A stretch of 64,000 nucleotides of DNA from a virus (lineage: Duplodnaviria > Caudoviricetes). Of this stretch, positions 10,005-19,497 are shown in pieces. The translations under genes and the position numbers were made by a program. The stretch lies in IMG/VR virus record IMGVR_UViG_3300025838_000035, positions 1 through 64,000 of that record; one strand, given 5' to 3'. The notes below the pieces were generated by a model. That model was not told where the DNA came from, did no database searches, and was given only the letters and a program-made list of their open reading frames with translations. The stretch's first letter is position 1; each line of letters begins with the position of its first letter.

Positions 10005-11795
10005 ATGGCACTTCCAATCGTAGCAGGCGGAGATCCTGATGCAGCCGCCAAATACAATGAAGGCATCACTAATGCTATCAATGCATTAACAGCCAGATCT
10101 GAACCAAATTATTTTAGTCTTGCCGGTGCATTGTTTAATCCTGGACGAACAGGAAATGCTGGTGAAGCGCTAGGTAGTGCATCAGCTGAACTAGGCAGAC
10201 AACAAGAGCAAGAACAGCAAAGAGCACCGCAGCTTGCTATGCTAAAAGCTCAGTTACTTGGTCAGCAATATGAGGTTGCTAATAAAAATAAAGCGCTTGA
10301 AATGCTTGCGCCTTATATTGGTGCATCAACAGCTGCTGAAGCCGGCGATAAAGTAGCTAAGGGTGATATACCATCAAACTTAGTTGATTCACTTCCTGGC
10401 ACAATGATGCCTATTTTGGCAAGTCTTCATCCCACACTTGCTGATGGTCTTAACAAAGGCTTCATGCAAGATGTAGAAAAGAAAAAGTTAGGAATACAAG
10501 AAAAAGAATATGGTCTTCATGAGAAAGAAACTAGTCTTAAAGGTCAACAATTTGGGTTGGATACTGCTAAAATTCTATTGGAAAGCGGACCAAAAGCTCT
10601 TGAACTTATTAAGCCATTTATTAATCCACAGACAGATACTAACCCAAAGCCCGGTCCTTTGGCACTTCCTTCTGTTCCAATGCCTGTAGACAATGGCAGA
10701 ATCTCAAGTCCGTTTGGTCAAAGACCTAATCCTTTTGATTCTAGCAAACAAGAGTTTCATAGTGGCATTGATTTTGCAGCACCTGAAGGTTCACCTGTAA
10801 AAGCTGTGCTAGGTGGTACCGTTAAATCAGTAGCCCCCATGGGAGGTTACGGAAACCGCGTGGAGATTCAACACAAAGACGGAACCAGTTCTTATTATGC
10901 TCACTTAAAAGATGCTACAGTAAAGCTTGGTGATGTTATAGGCATAGGTCAGCAAATAGGTACAGTTGGAACAACTGGAAAAACCACAGGTCCTCATGTT
11001 GAGTTTGGCATTCATGATAATGGTAAGCCTTTAAACCCAACAGCTTATATGAACTTTGCAGGTCAACCTGCTGCACAACAAGCAGCCCCTGTTGCACCAC
11101 AAGTGGCTCCTGCTGCACAGCCTGAAGCTGCACCGCCTAGTGATCTTTCATCACTCCCACTTAATGTCCAAAATAAAGTAATGCAAGCACGCATTGAGAA
11201 GTCTGATAAAGATTGGGAAGACTACTCTGCTGATATTAAGAATGTGAAGCCATTTGTGCTTGAGAGACAGAACAAACAAATTGCTGAAGTCATGAAGATC
11301 GCCAAAGAAGATCCTACAGTCTTTAACATTCTTGGGTCAGGTACGTGGTGGAGTGCAGCCAAGCATGCTATGGATGAAGGTGCCAAAGTTGGTAAGTACC
11401 CTGTTAGTTTGCCTGCTCAGACATTTGCTGAATATGGCAACTTAACTGATACGCAATTAAAACATCTTAGAACTGTGCAACGTAATTTAGCTGACATCTA
11501 TTTGGCTAGTATTGCTGAACGCGGAAAAGTTCTTGGTTCTAATCCGACAAACTTTGAAGATCGTTTATACAAAGCCCCAATGGCAACAGAAAAAGATCCT
11601 GCATCGATTGTGGAAGAATGGGGCAAGAAACATTTGTTGTATAACCGTGCAAAGTTATCTTTGTTCAATGCATACAAACCTTATGCAGCTAGCCCTGAAC
11701 AAGGAATAGGTCGCTTCTTTACTGATAAGAAGTCACCTTACAATACAATTGTACAGAACTATGGCAAGTTCTATGATCAACTTAGCAATGAATAG
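10005..11795 (+). CDS. Internal virion protein with M23 family peptidase domain
   Basis: ISSPFGQR..HSGIDFAAPEG..GGYGNRVEIQH..YYAHL..TGPHVEF (~10680-11050). Confidence 0.8.
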   Translation: MALPIVAGGDPDAAAKYNEGITNAINALTARSEPNYFSLAGALFNPGRTGNAGEALGSASAELGRQQEQEQQRAPQLAMLKAQLLGQQYEVANKNKALEMLAPYIGASTAAEAGDKVAKGDIPSNLVDSLPGTMMPILASLHPTLADGLNKGFMQDVEKKKLGIQEKEYGLHEKETSLKGQQFGLDTAKILLESGPKALELIKPFINPQTDTNPKPGPLALPSVPMPVDNGRISSPFGQRPNPFDSSKQEFHSGIDFAAPEGSPVKAVLGGTVKSVAPMGGYGNRVEIQHKDGTSSYYAHLKDATVKLGDVIGIGQQIGTVGTTGKTTGPHVEFGIHDNGKPLNPTAYMNFAGQPAAQQAAPVAPQVAPAAQPEAAPPSDLSSLPLNVQNKVMQARIEKSDKDWEDYSADIKNVKPFVLERQNKQIAEVMKIAKEDPTVFNILGSGTWWSAAKHAMDEGAKVGKYPVSLPAQTFAEYGNLTDTQLKHLRTVQRNLADIYLASIAERGKVLGSNPTNFEDRLYKAPMATEKDPASIVEEWGKKHLLYNRAKLSLFNAYKPYAASPEQGIGRFFTDKKSPYNTIVQNYGKFYDQLSNE

Positions 11796-11802
11796 GTGAT
11801 AT

Positions 11803-13014
11803 ATGGCAACATCGGCACAACCGGCTCAACCTGATCCATTTTTAGCACCTACTGAACAACAAAGTGGACCACCTGCTGATCCATTTTTAAACCCTGATGC
11901 CAAGTTAGAAGATGTGCATCCTGCATTTGCAGGAAGTGGGTCAACTACAACATCACCCCCACCTCCGCCAGCGCCTAAACAGACAGGGTTGGTTGATCCT
12001 TCAATGGGTGCTATTTTAGGTGGTATAGCTGGTATTGGTGTGAATAAAGCATTGCCTTTACAACCGCCAACACCTCAGCCCTCGGTTGCAACTGCATCTG
12101 GTAATGTGGCAAACCAAAGTGCTGTTGCTCAACAAATGATGTCTGACTTAGTTAAACGTCAGCTAGCACATACCAACCAGTTGTCAGGTTTGCAGCAAGC
12201 AATACAGACAACGCAGTCAATGCATAATCAGAACATGGCTAACTTTGCACAAGCTAGTCAAAATGCACAATCAATGAATGCTGTTCCTAATCTTGATCTA
12301 AACCCAGGTGAATTAACTACAGGTGACAAATGGGCATTTGGAAACCCTGAAAAAGGTACAACCGGTGTAACTGGTGATATGGGCCCAGGCGGTAAAAGTG
12401 TAACTGAAGCTGCTAGAAACTATAAACTACAGCAAGGGTTGTCTCCATCAGAAGCTGCTAAGTTTAAAGTCAATCGTAGCGGCTTGATTGTGACAAATGA
12501 ATTGCCTGTAGAAACACCACTTACTCCTGCACAACAAGCTGCACAAGAAGCATACAAGGAAGCGCATAAAAGAATGACTGAATCTGAAGCAGCACTCAAA
12601 GAGTTGCATGATCGTCATTCTAAGCTCGTTAAAGAAGGGCCATACACTAAAGCGCATGAAGAAGCTGTGGCAAGACAACAAGCAAAAACTGCAGGTGCTG
12701 AAGCCGAACTAAAAACTTTGCTTGAAAGTGTTAAGCCTGAAAGCATGTTGGCTACTGCAGGTCGTGCAATGGGAAGAGTCGGTCCAATGGCAGGTGGAGC
12801 CACAGCCGGTGGTAGACTAATGGAGGCTTGGAATGAATTACAAAAACGTAATTATGGTCCTGCAGCTGTTCATACTATCTCTGGATTAGGCGGCCTTGCC
12901 ATGATGTACCCTAATCCTGCAGTTAGATCACTTGGTGCTCTTGCAGCTACACTTCCAGAAGCCGGCTTATCGGCTTATGAGGCTTCAAAAACTACTGCAT
13001 TACCCAGTAGATGA
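11803..13014 (+). CDS. Internal virion protein (hypothetical)
   Basis: Last + strand gene of the ejection cluster; coiled-coil and Gly/Ala-rich segments. Confidence 0.5.
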   Translation: MATSAQPAQPDPFLAPTEQQSGPPADPFLNPDAKLEDVHPAFAGSGSTTTSPPPPPAPKQTGLVDPSMGAILGGIAGIGVNKALPLQPPTPQPSVATASGNVANQSAVAQQMMSDLVKRQLAHTNQLSGLQQAIQTTQSMHNQNMANFAQASQNAQSMNAVPNLDLNPGELTTGDKWAFGNPEKGTTGVTGDMGPGGKSVTEAARNYKLQQGLSPSEAAKFKVNRSGLIVTNELPVETPLTPAQQAAQEAYKEAHKRMTESEAALKELHDRHSKLVKEGPYTKAHEEAVARQQAKTAGAEAELKTLLESVKPESMLATAGRAMGRVGPMAGGATAGGRLMEAWNELQKRNYGPAAVHTISGLGGLAMMYPNPAVRSLGALAATLPEAGLSAYEASKTTALPSR

Positions 13015-13173
13015 TAGGTCATTAGCACCTTGTGTAGTCACTATTGTGGCTACATGAAATGCTTCTACCCAAACAGCATAAGGGTCTTCTAATAAATCCT
13101 CATTGTGCGTTCTTTTAAGAAGCTCAACCCATTCATCATAAGTTTTTCTCATAAGTACTTGATCAACTAGCAT
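13000..13173 (-). CDS. Small hypothetical protein (57 aa, MLVDQVLMRKTYDEW...)
   Basis: Translated by hand; ATG preceded by GGAGAAAG, overlaps stop of 13163..13414. Confidence 0.45.
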   Translation of the reverse strand: MLVDQVLMRKTYDEWVELLKRTHNEDLLEDPYAVWVEAFHVATIVTTQGANDLSSTG

Positions 13174-13414
13174 TCTTTCTCCTTGCTATAAAGAAGCGAT
13201 AATGCCTAACACTACGGTTAAGCGCTTGCTTTCTGACATTGTAAGTTTTGCATACATCCACTTGACGCCATAAGCGCACAACCACGGCACTTAAAGCGTC
13301 AAATGTAGTAGGCGACCAGTTTGGATGAAGATCTTTAAACTCTCTAAACAATGCTTTTCTTTCGTATAGTTTGAGAGCCTTAAGACTATCATGAACTTCT
13401 TGCCATCGGATCAT
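13163..13414 (-). CDS. Hypothetical protein (possible small DNA-binding protein)
   Basis: Basic 83-aa ORF coupled to the ThyX-like gene by ATGA overlap. Confidence 0.5.
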   Translation of the reverse strand: MIRWQEVHDSLKALKLYERKALFREFKDLHPNWSPTTFDALSAVVVRLWRQVDVCKTYNVRKQALNRSVRHYRFFIARRKNAS

Positions 13415-14334
13415 ATATACTTCTTCTCAATAGAATCAATTTGATTAAGTAAGTCTTCACGTATTTTTAAGTACGTTTCACTACCTGCATATTCATCTCT
13501 ACCTTTATTGTGATAGAACTGCTCTTCACACCAGTCAAAGTTGTCATTCTTTGCATTAGGCGGAAAGATGTTTGTCTTGCCTTTGGCACATTGACGTTGA
13601 TAAAAAGCATCAGGCTTTCTAAAGTCAACCAACCCTTTAAGGAATGGATAGACCTTTAAGACTTCTAGCCATAACTTCATTGCGATGATGTTGTCGACCG
13701 TTGTTTGGATCTGTTCATCCCCACGCATAATGCAATAACCAATAAGGTCTTTAATCGTACAACGAACCATATAAAAATGCTCAAAATTACGAGGCATAAT
13801 TGTACGGGTATCAAGACCGTGAACAAGACCGCTATCAAGCATATCGATATAAAGTTGTCTAGCATCTTCAGTGATCCTTTTATAACGCTCAAAGAACTCA
13901 GGGTTAGCCATTATTGAAGGCTTAACCATCACACGGTCATCACGCATATCACGGTCACCATGCACTTGAGCTGCAAAACTAAACAGCCTATGTCTAATTA
14001 AGTGTGTAGTGTCAATCATATCCATGCCATTAACGGACCATGTGATGTTGATCGTTTCCATTGCAGTGGGTAGTAATTCATAGCGGAATAGTTCATCAAT
14101 GGTTTGATTAATATCCTCTTCAGGGAACTCCCATTGAATCTTGTCATTCCATGTATTCATTAGAAACACTGAAATAGTTTTTCTAAATTCAGGTATTGTT
14201 GGTGCATGGACTAACTGTACATCAATGTTCTCCAGTTGATTTACGAACTCTACGGGTCCGGGTTTTTGTCCGAACTTCAGTGTTGTGTGCATCTTCTGTA
14301 ATTGAGGCATCTGACTCTTGTTGACTTTGGGCAT
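13411..14334 (-). CDS. thyX: Divergent flavin-dependent thymidylate synthase (ThyX)-like protein
   Basis: HLIRHRLFSF (RHRxxS motif), DTRTIMP (ARxxLP equivalent), MRGDEQIQ; canonical Ser and folate-stacking His appear absent. Confidence 0.75.
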   Translation of the reverse strand: MPKVNKSQMPQLQKMHTTLKFGQKPGPVEFVNQLENIDVQLVHAPTIPEFRKTISVFLMNTWNDKIQWEFPEEDINQTIDELFRYELLPTAMETINITWSVNGMDMIDTTHLIRHRLFSFAAQVHGDRDMRDDRVMVKPSIMANPEFFERYKRITEDARQLYIDMLDSGLVHGLDTRTIMPRNFEHFYMVRCTIKDLIGYCIMRGDEQIQTTVDNIIAMKLWLEVLKVYPFLKGLVDFRKPDAFYQRQCAKGKTNIFPPNAKNDNFDWCEEQFYHNKGRDEYAGSETYLKIREDLLNQIDSIEKKYI

Positions 14335-14614
14335 CGTTTTCTCCTTGAAGTTGTGTTAAATGAATCTCTACTAACCTAGCATATCCGGCAATATCTGTCC
14401 AACTATCTATATGGTCAGGGCAAACTGACAATCTAGAAAGTTTCATTGCAATTTTCGAAAAGAATAAATAGAACTCAGGGGCCATAGCTTCGCCTGTTTC
14501 GAACTCGTGCCTCTCAGCTATCAATGAAAGGATTTGTGCTTCCAATGTTATTCCACCGAAAAAATTACCGTAAATTGCGCCTCGCTGCTCTAGAATTTGA
14601 TCTGTCGTTTTCAT
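14222..14614 (-). CDS. DUF6378-like phage protein
   Basis: ILEQRGAIYGNF...KLSRL..PDHIDSWTDIAGYARL signature; annotated 3' part overlaps the ThyX start. Confidence 0.65.
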   Translation of the reverse strand: MKTTDQILEQRGAIYGNFFGGITLEAQILSLIAERHEFETGEAMAPEFYLFFSKIAMKLSRLSVCPDHIDSWTDIAGYARLVEIHLTQLQGENDAQSQQESDASITEDAHNTEVRTKTRTRRVRKSTGEH

Positions 14615-14616
14615 GG

Positions 14617-15126
14617 TTATACCTTATAAGGTTGAAGTTTAGCCTCAAGTTCGTATAGTCTTTTACAACTATTCCTATAGACATCGGTCATATAACCTTG
14701 ATTGCCTAATTGGATCTCATTATCGGCATACTGTTTGCATTGTAGTGCATCGGCATAATGCACGGCCAATGCTTCAGGTGAGCCATCATTGTATGCTTGC
14801 ACATAATGGCTAAGCCTGAATGGAATCATGTCATCAGCAATTTGTTTTTCAGCTTCTTTTAATGCTTTGGCAACATTAGGAAACTGCTTTTTAACTAAAT
14901 GGTTGACATCTGAGATATACATCTCTGGAAGGTCATGGCATAAAGCTATTTTAAGGGCTTTGTCTAGGTCAAACCGATAATCAGCTCTAAGAAGCATAAC
15001 AGCAAGAGCCACAAAATAGCTATGTGTTGCTACGCTTTCTTGAAGTATGACAGGCTTCATGCTATACCGCTTGGTGTGTTCCAATGTATAGCTTTCCATG
15101 AAGAACTTCTCATTTGCTTCATTCAT
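14617..15126 (-). CDS. HD-domain phosphohydrolase (YfbR/DatZ-like deoxynucleotidase)
   Basis: KRY..ESVATHSY, ALCHDLPEMYISD, VHYADAL. Confidence 0.85.
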   Translation of the reverse strand: MNEANEKFFMESYTLEHTKRYSMKPVILQESVATHSYFVALAVMLLRADYRFDLDKALKIALCHDLPEMYISDVNHLVKKQFPNVAKALKEAEKQIADDMIPFRLSHYVQAYNDGSPEALAVHYADALQCKQYADNEIQLGNQGYMTDVYRNSCKRLYELEAKLQPYKV

Positions 15127-15323
15127 TTTTTCATGTTCCTTACAAATGCTGCAAATGATTGTGAGGTATTGCCAAACATCATTTTGTCAAACTCTTGTGC
15201 AACCTCTTCAAGCACTGCATTCCGTAATTCTTCTGATAAGAACTTCATGTCTGTGTTTATTCTTGTTTGTTGTTGAGCAATACGCTCAAACTCTTCATCT
15301 TCAGGGTCTTTAAAGTTACTCAT
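15123..15323 (-). CDS. Small hypothetical protein (MSNFKDPEDEEFERI...)
   Basis: C-terminal RNAVLEEVAQEF..AAFVRNMK motif common in phage small ORFs; start chosen downstream of the track start. Confidence 0.5.
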   Translation of the reverse strand: MSNFKDPEDEEFERIAQQQTRINTDMKFLSEELRNAVLEEVAQEFDKMMFGNTSQSFAAFVRNMKK

Positions 15324-15777
15324 AATCCATTGCCTCCTCCGACCAGTTTTTAGCCTCAAATGTACCTGATTGCTTGATTTCTTTTAGCGCTTGATCTAGT
15401 TGGTCATAAGACCGAACAACTGCGCCTGATGCGGCCAGCACTAAATTAAATTTCTGACCTTCTTTACCGCCAAGCCAATTGTAAATGATAGGTATGCCTT
15501 GAGCATAACACCAACCAGCTTCAAACAATGTTCCAGGGTCCTTACCGTCGGTTACACAAACCGTTAAGTCAGTGTTGTACAAAGCCTGTATATTCACCTT
15601 TAAAACATCGGCAGGTGTCATTGTGTGTGGGTCATATAGCATATCATCTTTTGGACTAAAGTAAGATAGGCCATTACGTTTTAGAACATCTTTGATGTTT
15701 TCTACGACTGTGACTTCACGTTCATTAAAGAACGGTGATGCAATATAAACAGATGGATTACGGTTAATGGATTTCAT
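15316..15777 (-). CDS. Nucleoside 2-deoxyribosyltransferase / nucleotide N-glycosidase-like protein
   Basis: VYIASPFFN, FSPKD, D..V, DPGTLFEAGWCYAQGIPI: NDT/Rcl/MilB superfamily motifs. Confidence 0.8.
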   Translation of the reverse strand: MKSINRNPSVYIASPFFNEREVTVVENIKDVLKRNGLSYFSPKDDMLYDPHTMTPADVLKVNIQALYNTDLTVCVTDGKDPGTLFEAGWCYAQGIPIIYNWLGGKEGQKFNLVLAASGAVVRSYDQLDQALKEIKQSGTFEAKNWSEEAMDYE

Positions 15778-15786
15778 GATTTCCTT

Positions 15787-16053
15787 TCAGTTGAGTTTAA
15801 GGCTTTCACATACGTTACATTTGCATGTATATGCCATTTTTATGATATTAAGAACACTTTCAATAGAATCTTCACCAAACATATGACTACAATCATCACC
15901 ATTGCCTTCACCAGGTCCATCAATACATTTACCAACCAATGTGATGATATAACCATTGCCATAGTTACGTTCATCTGACCAGTCTTCAATATGCTTGCTG
16001 TACTTTTTAGGAATGTACTTAGGAGTTGTTTTAGAAGTCTTATATGTTTGCAT
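15787..16053 (-). CDS. Hypothetical protein
   Basis: 88-aa ORF with terminal CxCxxC. Confidence 0.45.
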   Translation of the reverse strand: MQTYKTSKTTPKYIPKKYSKHIEDWSDERNYGNGYIITLVGKCIDGPGEGNGDDCSHMFGEDSIESVLNIIKMAYTCKCNVCESLKLN

Positions 16054-16104
16054 TTGAGTTCCTTTGAAGTTTAGAATTAAGTGTTTAACAAGTAAACAAT
16101 TACA

Positions 16105-17559
16105 TTATACCATGCTTTTGACATAAGTAAACAGTTTACTTAACTTATTTTCAGTCTCTGGGCTTTTATTTGCATAGTCTTTAATGGCATTCATCAAAGC
16201 TTGTTGAGTTTTGTCTTTGCTATGAATAGCTTTTACAATTGCTTCATCGATCGTGTCTTTAGCAATGATTTGATGCACAATGATATTGTTTCTTTGACCT
16301 TGGCGCCACAAACGTCTTATGAACTGTTCATAGATTTCCAATGACCATGTATTGCTAAACCAGATAACTGCATAGCCTGCACCTTGTAGGTTAAGACCGT
16401 GGCCTGCACTTTGTGGGTGTGCCAATAAAACAGGATGTTTGCCTTGGTTCCAATCATCAATGGTTGTTTGCATTTCTTTGCCGGTTATCCCTGAGCCAAT
16501 GTGCGGTGCATTAGGAAAAAGCTTTTGCAGTCGTGTTAAGTCATGCCTAAAATGATAGCCAATTAAGCATGGCTTACCATTTAACCCTTCAACAAGTTCC
16601 TCAACTGCATTTAACTTCTCATCATGCATAGGCTGAACATCTTTGTCTTCGCCATCAAGATAAATAGCACCATTGGCAATTTGTTGGCATTTACCAACTG
16701 CTACTGCAGCTGTTGATGCCGTTACTTTATTGTCATTGATGTCAAGCAACAACTTGTCTTCAAGCTCTTTGTACATCTTCTTTGCTTTACTTGGCAAGTT
16801 AATATACACTTTGTTTGTGATTAGCTCAGGCATGTCAAGATAGTCTTCAGCTTTCATGCGTAAAACTTTGTCAGATAACTTGTCATAAATGACTGTATCC
16901 ATACCTTGCTTAAGCTCCCATGAATAGCCGCCATAGCCAGTTGGGTAGAAGTATGTTGTTCTAAAATGAGTGATAAATCGTCCAAATGTAGCACCACGAT
17001 CAATTACTAACTGTGGACCAAATATATCCATTAAACTATTCGGAGCTGGTGAGCCTGTTAAGCCAAACCGACGTTTGAATAAGTCCAGCATAGGTGCAAG
17101 CGACTTAAATCTTTCTGTTCTTGTGTTTTTAAGGTAGCTAATCTCATCTACAATCAATGCATCATACGGAAAATGCTGTTTAAGCAATGGCACATTCTTG
17201 ATTAACCACTGTAAGCCTTCAAAGTTAATGACATGAATGAATGACTTGTCATTTAAGTATTTGTCTTTGTTTGGTCCGTGAAGCACACTGATGGTTAGGT
17301 CTTCAAAGTTTTCCCATTTAGAGACTTCTTGTGGCCATACAGCATAGCACGGCCTTAATGGTGCTAAGACAAGTACTTTGTTAATTGCTTTTGCCGACCG
17401 TAGAATCTTCAATGCTTGCAGTGTGATGCTGGTCTTCCCTAATCCGGGATCCAGCCAAAGTTGTCCTGAGCCGTTTTCTACTAGAAACTTTACGGCTTTT
17501 GTTTGGTAATTGTGTGGACTCCAATACATTTGTGATTTCCTCTTTAGTTCGTAAAACAA
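16105..17559 (-). CDS. SNF2-family DEAD/H helicase
   Basis: DPGLGKT, IVDEIS, LTGSP, HPQSAGHGLNLQ, QFIRRLWRQGQ; likely start at MYWSPHNYQ. Confidence 0.9.
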   Translation of the reverse strand: MFYELKRKSQMYWSPHNYQTKAVKFLVENGSGQLWLDPGLGKTSITLQALKILRSAKAINKVLVLAPLRPCYAVWPQEVSKWENFEDLTISVLHGPNKDKYLNDKSFIHVINFEGLQWLIKNVPLLKQHFPYDALIVDEISYLKNTRTERFKSLAPMLDLFKRRFGLTGSPAPNSLMDIFGPQLVIDRGATFGRFITHFRTTYFYPTGYGGYSWELKQGMDTVIYDKLSDKVLRMKAEDYLDMPELITNKVYINLPSKAKKMYKELEDKLLLDINDNKVTASTAAVAVGKCQQIANGAIYLDGEDKDVQPMHDEKLNAVEELVEGLNGKPCLIGYHFRHDLTRLQKLFPNAPHIGSGITGKEMQTTIDDWNQGKHPVLLAHPQSAGHGLNLQGAGYAVIWFSNTWSLEIYEQFIRRLWRQGQRNNIIVHQIIAKDTIDEAIVKAIHSKDKTQQALMNAIKDYANKSPETENKLSKLFTYVKSMV

Positions 17560-17788
17560 GAATTTTGTGATTTAAGCCTCTAAGTAACTCATGGACAGCT
17601 ATTTGTCTAGGACTAAGCACACCGGTTAATGTCTTTAGTTCTACCCATATAACTTTTTTATTAATAACTACAATCCGATCTGGCCAACCAGTGGAGAAAC
17701 GTAAGTGTAGTTTTAAAGATGTCACGCCAAGACGTTTGCATTCTTGACTAAAATGACGTTCTAATTGTTTTTCTAGCACTTTAGTCAT
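17381..17788 (-). CDS. VRR-NUC domain nuclease
   Basis: EKQLE..GWPDRIV..WVELK...LSPRQ; classical pairing with SNF2 helicase. Confidence 0.85.
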   Translation of the reverse strand: MTKVLEKQLERHFSQECKRLGVTSLKLHLRFSTGWPDRIVVINKKVIWVELKTLTGVLSPRQIAVHELLRGLNHKILVLRTKEEITNVLESTQLPNKSRKVSSRKRLRTTLAGSRIREDQHHTASIEDSTVGKSN

Positions 17789-17888
17789 TGTTCAATAGCA
17801 TGCATGCTAACCAGATAAATGTAAGTACTAATGCCGCATTGATCAATGCAGCTAAAAGCGCAAATGTGATCATCATTGTATCAATCAT
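17781..17888 (-). CDS. 35-aa single-TM membrane peptide
   Basis: MIDTMMITFALLAALINAALVLTFIWLACMLLNND, translated by hand; similar type to 19850..19963. Confidence 0.4.
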   Translation of the reverse strand: MIDTMMITFALLAALINAALVLTFIWLACMLLNND

Positions 17889-18156
17889 GTGTGTTCTTCT
17901 CCTTCAGCTTGGCTTCAATGTATTGAATAAGTTTGGAAGTCGGTATGCGACCACTACCTTCTTCTTTGAACTCTACCCAACGCTCAACTTCATCACAATC
18001 CTCATCAGTCAGCCCTACCCATTCTTGTTTTGTATAAAGCTGTATGACTGGCTGCTCCCAATCTTTTGCCATCTCTTCATGGGCAGTCAACACCACTTGC
18101 CATTCAAGCCCCTTTTGGGGAACGAGTTCTTTCATCCATGCTATTGGTTTTCTCAT
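17881..18156 (-). CDS. Modular small protein (..EWVGLTDED..IEAKLKEKNT)
   Basis: Shares peptide modules with neighbouring ORFs; ATGA overlaps. Confidence 0.6.
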   Translation of the reverse strand: MRKPIAWMKELVPQKGLEWQVVLTAHEEMAKDWEQPVIQLYTKQEWVGLTDEDCDEVERWVEFKEEGSGRIPTSKLIQYIEAKLKEKNTHD

Positions 18157-18410
18157 GTGTTCTTCTCCTTGAGGTATTTTTCGTAGTCGTTCATTAAAGA
18201 TACTGCCGTTTTTCTGTCCCAGTTTGATGGGTAATACGCAACAACAAATTGCGCTTTTTCCTCATCAGTCAGTCCTACCCATTCACGCTTGCCCATTGAG
18301 TTGACTGCCTTGTCTACACTTGATTGCATTTGCTTTTGCATACCGTCAATAAAGCCTTGCTCATATTCACTAGCGTCTTCACGCCATGCATTAGGATCAT
18401 ATACAGTCAT
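18153..18410 (-). CDS. Modular small protein (..REWVGLTDEE..LKEKNT)
   Basis: Shared modules; ATGA overlaps. Confidence 0.6.
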   Translation of the reverse strand: MTVYDPNAWREDASEYEQGFIDGMQKQMQSSVDKAVNSMGKREWVGLTDEEKAQFVVAYYPSNWDRKTAVSLMNDYEKYLKEKNT

Positions 18411-18967
18411 GTGTTCTTCTCCTTTAGTTTGGCTTCAATGTCTCTAGCAAAGTCGTCCATCCATGCACCATAAACAATTCGCCATTCAGCAGAAAGCAGT
18501 TTTAAATCTTCTTCTGTTAGTACCACCCATGTGCGTTGTGGTGTGGTGTAGAGAGGTGTTGTATATTCACCTTCTTCACGCTCATGTTCTTCAGGGCAGA
18601 TTACATCAAGGATAACACCGTCCTTTTCCATGCCCCATGCAACAAGATGGTTTGGCTTTGGAGCATATGCAAAAACATGAGGCCATGTTCTTGGATCAGG
18701 ATTGTGATTTGGATGCATGGCTTTTAGGTCAATAAACTCCCATAGCAAACGTTCTAATTTATCCGACACAGGCTCATCTTTTGTTTTTAGTTGTTCTTTG
18801 TAGGTAGATTTAGAGGCCATGTTTTGCATATCTTTTGTCATTCCTTCGTACTCAAGGATTGCTCTAGCAAACAATACAGGAAAGTCAGCCTTGCCAGTTG
18901 CTTCAACCAACCCTTCTGCTTTGCCACTCATGTGCAAATAAATGTTGTGTATTTCTTCGTCAGTCAT
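18407..18967 (-). CDS. Modular small protein (MTDEEI..PVA..TPLYT..WVVLTEED..IEAKLKEKNT)
   Basis: Shared modules; ATGA overlaps. Confidence 0.6.
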   Translation of the reverse strand: MTDEEIHNIYLHMSGKAEGLVEATGKADFPVLFARAILEYEGMTKDMQNMASKSTYKEQLKTKDEPVSDKLERLLWEFIDLKAMHPNHNPDPRTWPHVFAYAPKPNHLVAWGMEKDGVILDVICPEEHEREEGEYTTPLYTTPQRTWVVLTEEDLKLLSAEWRIVYGAWMDDFARDIEAKLKEKNT

Positions 18968-19146
18968 TCATGCCACCCTTTTTCTTTCAGCCAAGCTTCA
19001 ATCATTGCCCAGCATTCATCTTCTAGCGCCTCAGGTAAACTAAACTCAATCCATGTTGTTTCTACTGCGTTTGGATTGGGTACAAAGTCATGCCCAAAGA
19101 CTGGCTCACCCTCACCCTTTACTTCTGCCATTCCAAATTTATTCAT
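18964..19146 (-). CDS. Modular small protein (..IEAWLKEKGWHE)
   Basis: Variant of the same C-terminal module. Confidence 0.5.
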   Translation of the reverse strand: MNKFGMAEVKGEGEPVFGHDFVPNPNAVETTWIEFSLPEALEDECWAMIEAWLKEKGWHE

Positions 19147-19327
19147 TATTTCCCCTTGCTCGGATTTGTTCTGCTATTGCTTTAGGACTGCCTTGCCACG
19201 GTTCTTCTGCAATCTTTGCACATTCCTCACGTTCACGCTCTGCCACCATTCTGGCAAATACAATCAGTGAAAAAAGACCATTGAAGCCAGCCTTACTAGA
19301 CATCTCTATGATTTCGTCATCAGTCAT
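19139..19327 (-). CDS. Modular small protein (MTDDEII..AEREREECAKI..IRARG)
   Basis: Shares start and end modules with 19494..19751. Confidence 0.55.
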   Translation of the reverse strand: MTDDEIIEMSSKAGFNGLFSLIVFARMVAEREREECAKIAEEPWQGSPKAIAEQIRARGNNE

Positions 19328-19497
19328 TTTGCATCCTCCCAAATCCATCCCAACAATTCTGTTGTGTTTTTGATTTGTTCATTAGTAGGTTTTGCATACA
19401 TTGCAAATTTTGTTGTATGTCCACCTCCATACAAACACCAATAACCAACTGGTTTAGGTGGTTTATAAATAGTAAATCCTGTTTTTTGTTCAGTCAT
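19324..19497 (-). CDS. Small hypothetical protein (MTEQKTGF...)
   Basis: ATGA overlaps on both sides. Confidence 0.5.
   Translation of the reverse strand: MTEQKTGFTIYKPPKPVGYWCLYGGGHTTKFAMYAKPTNEQIKNTTELLGWIWEDAK

Noticed and set aside
14617-15126. 2-aminoadenine (Z-genome) system suggested by the DatZ-like HD protein
   Set aside because: No PurZ/PurA-like gene in the window; HD hydrolases are widespread
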